A stretch of DNA of 64,000 bases from contig CAZVSE010000001.1 in assembly GCA_964629445.1 (NCBI GenBank), forward strand, positions 9,846 to 73,845, given 5' to 3'. The notes beneath the pieces were generated by a model. It saw only the letters and a program-made list of their open reading frames with translations, was not told the origin of the DNA and did no database searches. This stretch comes from an uncultured Ruminococcus sp. GTDB taxonomy: Bacteria; Bacillota; Clostridia; Oscillospirales; Acutalibacteraceae. The position numbers and the translations under genes were made by a program. Of the stretch, positions 28,573-35,888 are shown piece by piece. Numbering within the stretch: position 1 is the first letter of the stretch; each line of letters opens with the position of its first letter.

Positions 28573-28683
28573 GCAGCGGATGCAACGGTGCATCACAAGT
28601 CCACGCGGACTTCTTGTTTGCGGGCAACTTCCCATCCCGCAACACTAAGAGGCTGTCGCCTCAGCGCACACCGTCTACTCTGC
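28573..28683 (-). promoter_or_regulatory. THF (tetrahydrofolate) riboswitch
   Basis: Minus strand reads GCAGAGUAG-ACGGUGU-GCGCUGAG...GCGGGAUGGG...GCACCGU-UGCAUCCGCUGC. This matches the conserved AGAGUAG, GCGNUNAG, GGGAUG and UUGCAUCCGCU blocks, with P1 (GCAG/CUGC) and P2 (ACGGUG/CACCGU) pairing. An anti-SD UCUCCUUU (28557-28550) can pair with the SD AAAGGAGA (28527-28520). Confidence 0.9.
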
Positions 28684-28698
28684 AACGATCCGTTCCCT

Positions 28699-28727
28699 AT
28701 TGTATACCTATAGCCCGTATTCGTCAA
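28699..28727 (-). promoter_or_regulatory. Promoter of the THF riboswitch-folT-folC operon
   Basis: On minus: TTGACG (28727-28722), 17 nt, TACAAT (28704-28699). Confidence 0.65.
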
Positions 28728-28768
28728 ATACTTTTTTATTTTGTATCGAAATCCGTGAATCTTGCCTA

Positions 28769-28796
28769 TTGACTTTGTTTTTCAGCGTGGTATAAT
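28769..28796 (+). promoter_or_regulatory. Promoter of the antiporter gene
   Basis: TTGACT (28769-28774), 16 nt, TGg-TATAAT (28788-28796). Confidence 0.65.
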
Positions 28797-28838
28797 GTGC
28801 GACTGGAAATGCTTTTATCTATGGAAGAAGATGACAAT

Positions 28839-30128
28839 ATGCAAGCCTTACTCAGTTTATCCATCGCGGTGTTCGCGGGGCTGATGCTCTCGCGTCTCGC
28901 AAAGCTCGTCAAATTGCCCGCCGTGACTGCCTATCTCGTCGCAGGCATACTCATCGGCCCGTATGCGCTCGGCTCGTTCGGCGTGCGAGGACTCGGATTT
29001 ATCAATATGGAAGACATCAGCACCTACAGTATCCTGTCGGACGTGGCGCTCGGCTTCATTGCCTTCTCCATCGGCAACGAGTTCCGTCTCGCCCAGCTCA
29101 AAAAGACGGGACGTCAGGCGACCATCATCGGCATTGTACAGGCAGTTGCCACCACCCTGCTCGTCGACGCGGCGCTCATCGGACTGCACTTCCTCATCCC
29201 CGATAAGCTCCCCTTACCCTCCGCTATTATTCTCGGCGCGGTCGCCTCGGCGACCGCCCCCGCCGCGACGCTGATGGTCGTGCGACAATATAAGTCGAAA
29301 GGTCCGCTCACGGACATCCTGCTGCCCATCGTGGCACTCGACGACGCGGTTGGTCTGATCCTGTTCGCGGTGTCCTTCGGCATTGCCCGCGCACTGATGG
29401 CAGGGCATATTGATGTCATCTCCATCATCCTCGAGCCGATCCTCGAGGTGGTATGCTCGCTGTTGCTCGGCGCGATGATGGGTTTTCTGTTCAATTTCTT
29501 TGAGCAGTTTTTCCACTCCCGCTCGAAGCGCATCGCGATGTCCGTCACCTTCGTGATGATGACCGTCGCACTGTCGATGCTGGAATTCCGTGTCGCGGGG
29601 GTACACATTGCGTTCTCACCCCTGCTGGTGTGTATGATGCTCGGCACTGTCTTCTGCAACATCTGCGACTTCTCAGAGGAGCTGATGGACCGTGTCGACC
29701 GCTGGACAGCCCCCTTATTCGTGCTGTTTTTCGTCATCAGCGGTGCGGAGTTGGAATTGTCCGTGTTCAAAGACCCTGTCATCGTATTCGTGGGGCTTGT
29801 GTATATCGCCACGCGCTGCCTCGGCAAATATTTCGGTGCGCGCAGCAGCGCCTCGCTGACGGGATGCGACCAAAGCATCGTCAAATACCTCGGCATCACC
29901 CTCTTCCCGCAGGCGGGCGTCGCGCTGGGTATGGCGATCAAAGCGGAGGCGCTCGGTCCTGAGGGCGCGATCGTCGCGAACATCACACTGTTCTCGGTGC
30001 TCTTCTACGAACTGGTCGGCCCGTTCCTCACCAAGATCTCCCTGCAGAAGGCAGGCGAGATCCGTCCCGAGGGCAAGGTAAGCGCCCGCGACATCGCACG
30101 CAAGGAAAAGGAAGCCAAAAACGCATAG
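28839..30128 (+). CDS. Cation:proton antiporter (CPA family, Na+/H+ exchanger-like)
   Basis: MQALLSLSIAVFAGLMLSRLAKLVKLPAVTAYLVAGILIGP, typical N-terminus of Kef/NapA-type CPA2 transporters, with about 12 TMs. Start is either 28839 or 28821. Confidence 0.8.
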   Translation: MQALLSLSIAVFAGLMLSRLAKLVKLPAVTAYLVAGILIGPYALGSFGVRGLGFINMEDISTYSILSDVALGFIAFSIGNEFRLAQLKKTGRQATIIGIVQAVATTLLVDAALIGLHFLIPDKLPLPSAIILGAVASATAPAATLMVVRQYKSKGPLTDILLPIVALDDAVGLILFAVSFGIARALMAGHIDVISIILEPILEVVCSLLLGAMMGFLFNFFEQFFHSRSKRIAMSVTFVMMTVALSMLEFRVAGVHIAFSPLLVCMMLGTVFCNICDFSEELMDRVDRWTAPLFVLFFVISGAELELSVFKDPVIVFVGLVYIATRCLGKYFGARSSASLTGCDQSIVKYLGITLFPQAGVALGMAIKAEALGPEGAIVANITLFSVLFYELVGPFLTKISLQKAGEIRPEGKVSARDIARKEKEAKNA

Positions 30129-30138
30129 ATCCATCTAA

Positions 30139-30168
30139 AGCCCTGACCTTTTCGGTCGGGGCTTTTAC
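30139..30168 (+). terminator. Intrinsic terminator after the antiporter gene
   Basis: AGCCCTGACC-ttttc-GGTCGGGGCT (one G-U pair) followed by TTTTA. Confidence 0.6.
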
Positions 30169-30169
30169 G

Positions 30170-30198
30170 TTGACAAATAGTTAACAACGCGGTATAAT
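30170..30198 (+). promoter_or_regulatory. Perfect consensus sigma-A promoter of the ene-reductase/AcnX operon
   Basis: TTGACA (30170-30175), exactly 17 nt, TATAAT (30193-30198). Confidence 0.75.
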
Positions 30199-30249
30199 AA
30201 TCGACATAGAAAACCCTCGAAAAATCAACAAAAGGAGAGATTTTCTGCT

Positions 30250-32310
30250 ATGGATCAACAGTACAAAGCCCTCTTCACGCCGTGGAAGATCGGCAATGTC
30301 GAGATCAAAAACCGCATCGTTCTCTGCCCGATGGGCGGCACCTCCCTGTTCGGCTGGATGGAGCACACCGGCAACCATTTCGACCGAGAGGCGGCAAAAT
30401 TCTTCCTCGAAAAGGCGAAAAATAACGTCGGTCTGATCATCCCCGGTATCGCCCCCATTCGCAGCACCTTTATGGGACAGTGGCTGTACCAGAACAAAAA
30501 GATGTTCGTTGAACTCAAGGAGTTTATGGACGAGATCCACAAGACCGGTGCGAAGCTCTTTATCCAGATCACCGCCGGTATGGGACGCTCGTGGGCGATC
30601 CCGACCCCGCTGGTGATGCTGCATAATATGCCGGTCGTGCGGGACATCATCAAGCCCATCATCAACATCCCCTACCAGTCGGCAAGCCCCAGCGAGCTGC
30701 CCTCCCGCTGGTCGGATAAGATGACCACCCGTGCGCTGACCGTTAAGGAGATCGAGGAGATCGTCGACGCCTTTGCCAAGACCGCCGCGCTGTGCAAGGA
30801 AGCAGGCGTTGACGGTGTCGAGGTACACGCCGTTCACGAGGGCTATCTGCTCGACCAGTTCACCCACGAATACACCAACAAGCGCACCGACGACTACGGC
30901 GGCTCGTTCGAGAACCGCTATCGCTTTGCCACCGACATCGTGAAGGCGATCAAGGGCGCGTGCGGCGACGATTATCCCGTGTCGCTACGTTATTCCGTCA
31001 AATCCTATGTCAAGGACTTCTGCGTCGGCGCGGTGCCGGGCGAGGAGTTCACCGAGATCGGCCGCGATATGGAAGAAAGCGAAAAGGCGGCGAAATACCT
31101 GCAGGATGCGGGCTACGATATGCTCAACGCCGACAACGGCACCTACGACTCGTGGTACTGGGCGCATCCGCCGATGTATATGCCGCAAAACTGCAATCTC
31201 GAGGATGTCGCGCATATTAAAAAGTTCGTTGACATCCCCGTCGTCTGCGCGGGTCGTATGGAGCCCGACGTGGGCGCAAAAGCGGTTGCTGACGGACGCA
31301 TTGACGCGGTCGGTGTCGCTCGCCAGTTCCTTGCGGACGCCGAGTGGGTCACCAAGCTCATCGAGGATCGTCTTGAGGACATCCGCCCCTGCATCTGCTG
31401 CCACAACGCCTGCTTCAATATGGCGCACTATAAAGGCGTGGCGAACGCGCAGTCCATCTACGATGCGAGCCACATCGCGCGTTGCGCGCTCGACCCGCGC
31501 GTGATGCAGTCGAATAAGTATAAGCTCACCCCCGCAATAAAGAAAAAGGATGTCGTCGTCATCGGCGGCGGTATCGGCGGTATGGAAGCCGCCCTCGTCT
31601 GCGCCAAGCGCGGACACACCGTCACGCTGTACGAAAAGAGCGGCGAGCTCGGCGGCGTGTTCATCGCGGCGGCGGCGCCCTCGTATAAGGAAAAGGACCG
31701 CGCACTCATTGCGTGGTATCGCCGCGAGATGGAGAAATATCCCATCACCGTGAAGCTCAACAGCCCCGTCACCGACGTGAGCGACATCGACGCCGATGAG
31801 ATCATCGTCGCAACGGGCGCGGTCGCCCGCCGTCTCCCCATCGCGGGTGCCGAGCACGGCATCGAGGCGGTGGACTACCTGCTGGGCAAAAAGGAAGTCG
31901 GGGACAACGTCGTCATCGTCGGCGGTGGCCTGACGGGTTGCGAGATCGCGTACGAGCTCTATCTGCAGGGCAAAAAGCCCACCATCGTCGAGATGCAGCA
32001 CGACCTCATCGTATCGGATAAGATCTGTCTGGCGAACACCAGCTACCTGCGCGACTTCTTCGCCGCGAACAAGGTGCCGGTGCATCTGGAGACCAAGCTG
32101 GGTGAGATCCACGAGGACGGCGTCACCGTCACCGACAAGGACGGCAAGTCCTTCAAGATCGACGCGGACAGCGTCATCCTCTCGGTCGGCTACACCCCCG
32201 CCCCTATTGCGAAAAAGAAAGCCCACGTGCACATCGTCGGCGATGCGCACAAGGTCGGCAACCTGCGCACCGTCATCTGGCAGGCGTGGGATGTCGCAAT
32301 GAAGCTGTAA
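30250..32310 (+). CDS. FMN/4Fe-4S/FAD ene-reductase (2-enoate reductase / 2,4-dienoyl-CoA reductase family)
   Basis: OYE-like N-terminus (FTPWKIGNVEIKNRIVLCPMG, HAVHEGYLLDQF), Cys cluster CICCHNAC, FAD motif VVVIGGGIGGMEAA, NAD(P) motif VVIVGGGLTGCE. Confidence 0.85.
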   Translation: MDQQYKALFTPWKIGNVEIKNRIVLCPMGGTSLFGWMEHTGNHFDREAAKFFLEKAKNNVGLIIPGIAPIRSTFMGQWLYQNKKMFVELKEFMDEIHKTGAKLFIQITAGMGRSWAIPTPLVMLHNMPVVRDIIKPIINIPYQSASPSELPSRWSDKMTTRALTVKEIEEIVDAFAKTAALCKEAGVDGVEVHAVHEGYLLDQFTHEYTNKRTDDYGGSFENRYRFATDIVKAIKGACGDDYPVSLRYSVKSYVKDFCVGAVPGEEFTEIGRDMEESEKAAKYLQDAGYDMLNADNGTYDSWYWAHPPMYMPQNCNLEDVAHIKKFVDIPVVCAGRMEPDVGAKAVADGRIDAVGVARQFLADAEWVTKLIEDRLEDIRPCICCHNACFNMAHYKGVANAQSIYDASHIARCALDPRVMQSNKYKLTPAIKKKDVVVIGGGIGGMEAALVCAKRGHTVTLYEKSGELGGVFIAAAAPSYKEKDRALIAWYRREMEKYPITVKLNSPVTDVSDIDADEIIVATGAVARRLPIAGAEHGIEAVDYLLGKKEVGDNVVIVGGGLTGCEIAYELYLQGKKPTIVEMQHDLIVSDKICLANTSYLRDFFAANKVPVHLETKLGEIHEDGVTVTDKDGKSFKIDADSVILSVGYTPAPIAKKKAHVHIVGDAHKVGNLRTVIWQAWDVAMKL

Positions 32311-32342
32311 GGATATAGGTATTAGATAATAGGAGGGAAAGT

Positions 32343-33617
32343 ATGTACTTAACCGATGAACAACAGGCGATCCTGAACGGCGAAAAGGGCGAGGTCCTCG
32401 CCAAGGTGATGGAGTCACTGGTGCGCTACGGCGAGCTGTTCGGCGCAGAGAAGATGGTGCCGGTGACGAGCGAGTATAACCACCTCGTCACCTCCTTCGG
32501 TCTCAAGGCGCTCGGTCCTGTCTATGACCTGATGAATAAGCTCATCGAAACGGGCAACCTGTCCAAACAGGGCTTCTCCGTCGATCCCCGCCCGCTCGAC
32601 CCCAACGTGCCGAGCAATTTCCTGCAGAATTTTATTTTCAAAAACTTTATGTATTCCAAGCAGGATTTCTATGAGGATCAGCTTAAAAAGCTCGGTCTCA
32701 AGGACGAAAACGCCTTTACCTGCACCTGCTATATGGATGCCGTCGGCAACAAGCCGCAAAAGGGCGAGGTGCTGTCTTGGGCGGAGTCCTCGGCGGTGGT
32801 GTACGCCAACTCGGTACTCGGCGCGCGGTGCAACCGCAACTCCGGCATCATTGACCTGATGGGGTCAGTGGTCGGGTATGTACCCTGCTTCGGTCTGCTG
32901 ACCGATGAGGGACGTAAAGCAACCTGGATCGTCAAGATCGAGACCACCAAGAAGCCCGAGGCGCAGCTGCTCGGCTCTGCCATCGGTATGAAGGTGATGG
33001 AGGCTGTCCCTTACGTCATCGGGCTGGATAAATGGCTCGGCAACGAATTGGACGATGCCGCCTGCACCTACCTCAAGGACTTCGGCGCGGCGACCGCCTC
33101 CAACGGCGCGGTCGGTCTCTACCACATCGCGGGACTGACCCCCGAGGCGGTCGAGCAGGGCGAGAGCCTCATCGCCGAGGGTGCGCAGGTGTATGTCATC
33201 GACGACGCGGAGCTTGAACGGGTGTATAAAAACTACCCCGTGATGTGGAAGAACGAGAACGCGAAGCCCAAGCTGTGCTTTATGGGCTGTCCGCATATGA
33301 GCCTTGAACAGCTCAAGAGCTGGACGGATAAGGTGGAGACCGCCCTCAAGGCGGCGGGCAACAAGAAAGTGCTCATCCCCACCGTGTTCACCGCCGCGCC
33401 CGCGGTACTCGAGGAATTCAACAAGACCGACTACGCCGCGCGCCTCAAGGCGACGGGCGTCATCACCTCCTACATCTGCCCGCTGATGTATATGAACAAC
33501 CCGCTCGCGGGCAAAATGCCGGTCATCACCTCGTCGAACAAGCTGCGCACCTACACCACCGCGCGCTACTACACCGACGACGAGATCCTCGCGCAGATCA
33601 CGAAAGGGGGCAACTGA
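32343..33617 (+). CDS. Aconitase X catalytic (large) subunit, DUF521-like
   Basis: MYLTDEQQAILNGEKGEVLAKVMESLVRYGELFGAEKMVPVTS N-terminus typical of AcnX/DUF521, conserved Cys residues, 424 aa. Confidence 0.8.
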   Translation: MYLTDEQQAILNGEKGEVLAKVMESLVRYGELFGAEKMVPVTSEYNHLVTSFGLKALGPVYDLMNKLIETGNLSKQGFSVDPRPLDPNVPSNFLQNFIFKNFMYSKQDFYEDQLKKLGLKDENAFTCTCYMDAVGNKPQKGEVLSWAESSAVVYANSVLGARCNRNSGIIDLMGSVVGYVPCFGLLTDEGRKATWIVKIETTKKPEAQLLGSAIGMKVMEAVPYVIGLDKWLGNELDDAACTYLKDFGAATASNGAVGLYHIAGLTPEAVEQGESLIAEGAQVYVIDDAELERVYKNYPVMWKNENAKPKLCFMGCPHMSLEQLKSWTDKVETALKAAGNKKVLIPTVFTAAPAVLEEFNKTDYAARLKATGVITSYICPLMYMNNPLAGKMPVITSSNKLRTYTTARYYTDDEILAQITKGGN

Positions 33618-33618
33618 G

Positions 33619-34071
33619 ATGAAGGAATTTAAGGGACGCGTAGTCGCTCCCGGTCAGGTGACCGCCGAGGCGGTCGTCTCCCACGGGGGACTCAACACCC
33701 TCGCCTCGTTCCAGAAGGCGCTGCAGTTCGGCGACAAGACCGCCACCTGCGGCGATCAGAATAACCCCGATCTGTTCGGTAAACAGATGGCGGGCAAGGC
33801 ACTCTGCCTGCCGCAGACCATCGGCTCGACCACGGGCGGTCTGGTGCTCTACTGCGCCTGCTCGATGGGTCGTCAGCCCGCGTGTATGCTGTTCTCCCAA
33901 CCGATCGACTCGCTCGCGGGCGCGGGGGTCATCCTCGCGGATGTTTGGCTCGAGGGCGAGCACACCAAGATGCCCGTCATCGACTCGCTCGGTGAGGAAT
34001 TCCTCGCCTACGTCAAAGACGGGATGACCGTTACCATTAAAGACGATGGCGTGGTCGTCGTCGAGGAGTAA
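33619..34071 (+). CDS. Aconitase X swivel (small) subunit, DUF126-like
   Basis: GRVVAPGQVTAEAVVS...GKALCLPQTIGSTTGGLVL pattern of the DUF126 swivel domain. Starts 1 nt after the large-subunit stop. Confidence 0.8.
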   Translation: MKEFKGRVVAPGQVTAEAVVSHGGLNTLASFQKALQFGDKTATCGDQNNPDLFGKQMAGKALCLPQTIGSTTGGLVLYCACSMGRQPACMLFSQPIDSLAGAGVILADVWLEGEHTKMPVIDSLGEEFLAYVKDGMTVTIKDDGVVVVEE

Positions 34072-34081
34072 TAAAAATTCG

Positions 34082-34116
34082 AACAGCCACCTCACAAGGT
34101 GGCTGTTTCTTTTTTC
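34082..34116 (+). terminator. Intrinsic terminator of the ene-reductase/AcnX operon
   Basis: AACAGCCACC-tcacaa-GGTGGCTGTT followed by TCTTTTTTC. Confidence 0.85.
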
Positions 34117-34271
34117 AGTGCCTTATGACGTTGACTGTGCAGATCGTCCTCTTTAATATCGACATAAATACAGTTTCGACAAACGCCCTTTATATCCAAT
34201 GTAATATCATCTAAAATACATTCATTTTCTGCCCAATAAATGCAGAACAGATTTTCACATTGCGTTATTAC
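34092..34271 (-). other. 59-codon Cys-rich open frame with a strong RBS but no canonical start codon
   Basis: Minus frame (V)ITQCENLFCIYWAENECILDDITLDIKGVCRNCIYVDIKEDDLHSQRHKALKKETATL. AAGGAG at 34280-34275, then 6 nt, then ATA (34268-34266). An out-of-frame ATG-TGA lies at 34260-34255. Confidence 0.3.
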
Positions 34272-34416
34272 TCACTCCTTATATCCGCTTTTTTACACAA
34301 CTGTTGCAAAATATCAAGTACTCGTAGTATTTTGAGACAGCAACATTCTATACTGTCTTACGTAGGTGCGTATACATCAAGGAATTAAGCACCGTATATA
34401 GGTTTGAGGTGATGAT

Positions 34417-34668
34417 ATGAAAATAAGAAAACGCAAAATAGGAAAAACAAATATGATTGGTACACACGTGATGCAGGCACGGCAGGAACAAGGGCTTACA
34501 AGAAACGTCCTGCTTAAAATGTTACAATGCTATGGCATCCATATGAGTGTACGGACACTTTCCCTTTTAGAAAGAAAAAAGCGACGAGTCAATGATATTG
34601 AATTTCTTGCTTTGGCAAAAGTATTAAATACGACTATGGAATCGTTGTGGGATGAGGATGAAACATAA
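34417..34668 (+). CDS. XRE-family HTH regulator (83 aa)
   Basis: IGTHVMQARQEQGLTRNVLLKMLQCYGIHMSVRTLSLLERKKR HTH pattern. RBS GAGGTGA. Low-GC surroundings. Confidence 0.7.
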   Translation: MKIRKRKIGKTNMIGTHVMQARQEQGLTRNVLLKMLQCYGIHMSVRTLSLLERKKRRVNDIEFLALAKVLNTTMESLWDEDET

Positions 34669-34669
34669 C

Positions 34670-34890
34670 GGATGCCCTCATATGCCTCTCCCTTTGGGAG
34701 AGGTGGCGCGCGTAGCGCGACGGAGAGGGCTCGTAGCGACCTGCGCGTATGTTGACCCACCCTCTCACCCGCTGACGCGGGAACTCTCCCAAAGGGAGAG
34801 CCTTTTCGCAACGGCACATAGGCCGTTCCCTACACACAATCCATTGTTCCCGCAACCTCATCCCCCCACAGAAAATTTCTGCGGGGGACA
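34670..34890. repeat. REP-like GC-rich hairpin cluster
   Basis: CCTCTCCC-ttt-GGGAGAGG (34685-34703) and CTCTCCC-aaa-GGGAGAG (34784-34800). CGCAACGGCACATAGGCCGTTCCCTACA (34807-34834) is the exact reverse complement of 52701-52728. Imperfect hairpin (one-base bulge) at 34862-34888. Confidence 0.75.
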
Positions 34891-34899
34891 ATGTTTCTC

Positions 34900-34950
34900 T
34901 TGACAAACCCACAGATCCCGTGTATACTATATTTAACGATTAAGTTAAAT
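34900..34950 (+). promoter_or_regulatory. Promoter and palindromic operator of sdpR-sdpI
   Basis: TTGACA (34900-34905), 17 nt, TG-TATACT (34921-34928). Perfect dyad ATTTAAC-gattaa-GTTAAAT (34931-34950) lies just downstream. Confidence 0.7.
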
Positions 34951-34971
34951 GTTAAACATTGGAGGTGCATT

Positions 34972-35259
34972 ATGGGCTTACAAGACACGTTGCGCGCGCT
35001 TGCCGATCCCACGCGGCGGGAAATTCTGAACCTGCTCAAGGGCGGCACACTGTCCGCGGGGGAGATCACGGCGCATTTTTCCGTCACGGCGGCGGCGATC
35101 TCGCGGCATCTGGCAGTGCTCAAGGACGCCGATCTTATCCGCGACGAGCGCAACGGGAAATTCATCTACTACACACTCAATGCCACCGTGCTGGAGGAAA
35201 CTCTGCTGTGGCTCGCCGACCTGAAAGGAGAAAATTGCTATGATCAAGAAGAACATTAA
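34972..35259 (+). CDS. ArsR/SmtB-family autorepressor (SdpR-like)
   Basis: LRALADPTRREILNLLKGGTLSAGEITAHFSVTAAAISRHLAVLKDADLI winged-HTH. RBS GGAGG at 34961-34965. Confidence 0.85.
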   Translation: MGLQDTLRALADPTRREILNLLKGGTLSAGEITAHFSVTAAAISRHLAVLKDADLIRDERNGKFIYYTLNATVLEETLLWLADLKGENCYDQEEH

Positions 35260-35878
35260 ACGCCTTTTGCTCACCTCCGCGGTGATTTTGTTGCCGATGT
35301 TGGCAGGCATTATTCTGTGGAACAAGCTTCCCGAGATCATCCCCGTCCATTTCGGTCCGAGCGGAGATGCGGACGGCTTTTCGAACCGCCCCTTTGCGGT
35401 GTTCGCGATGCCGCTGTTTGTGCTGGCGGTGCACTGGCTGTGTACACTCGCCACCGCCGCCGACCCTAAGCATAAAAATATCGACGGCAAGCCGCTCGGA
35501 CTGGTGCTGTGGATCTGTCCCCTGATCTCCTTGCTCGTCAACGGCGTGATCTACACCACCGCGCTGGGGATCGGCATTAACATCCCCATGGTGATGGGAC
35601 TGTTTTTCGGCTGTCTGTTCGTCGTCATCGGCAACTATCTCCCAAAATGCCGCCAGAGCTACACCCTCGGCATTAAACTGCCGTGGACGCTGAACGACGA
35701 GGACAACTGGAACCGCACCCACCGCTTTGCCGGACGGCTGTGGACCGTCGGCGGGCTCGTGATGATCGTCACCGCCTTTTTCGACGAACTTCTCGCCTAC
35801 GCATTTTTCGGCATCATCCTCGTGATGGTGATCATCCCGACGGTCTATTCCTACCGTCTGTATAAGAAAACGAAGTGA
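35240..35878 (+). CDS. SdpI/YhfL-family membrane immunity/signal protein
   Basis: DUF1648-like N-terminus (LWNKLPEIIPVHFGPSGDADGFSNR) plus SdpI-like C-terminus (NYLPKCRQSYTLGIKLPWTLNDEDNWNRTHR). Overlaps sdpR by 20 nt. Confidence 0.8.
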   Translation: MIKKNIKRLLLTSAVILLPMLAGIILWNKLPEIIPVHFGPSGDADGFSNRPFAVFAMPLFVLAVHWLCTLATAADPKHKNIDGKPLGLVLWICPLISLLVNGVIYTTALGIGINIPMVMGLFFGCLFVVIGNYLPKCRQSYTLGIKLPWTLNDEDNWNRTHRFAGRLWTVGGLVMIVTAFFDELLAYAFFGIILVMVIIPTVYSYRLYKKTK

Positions 35879-35888
35879 GGTACGCGTT

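Noticed and set aside
27991-28635. 214-aa extended folT ORF
   Set aside because: The extension would translate through the THF riboswitch aptamer. A strong RBS plus ATG at 28512 gives a normal-length S component.
30985-32418. 477-aa minus-strand ORF opposite the ene-reductase gene
   Set aside because: It is an antisense shadow ORF. The plus-strand protein has FMN, FeS and FAD motifs throughout.
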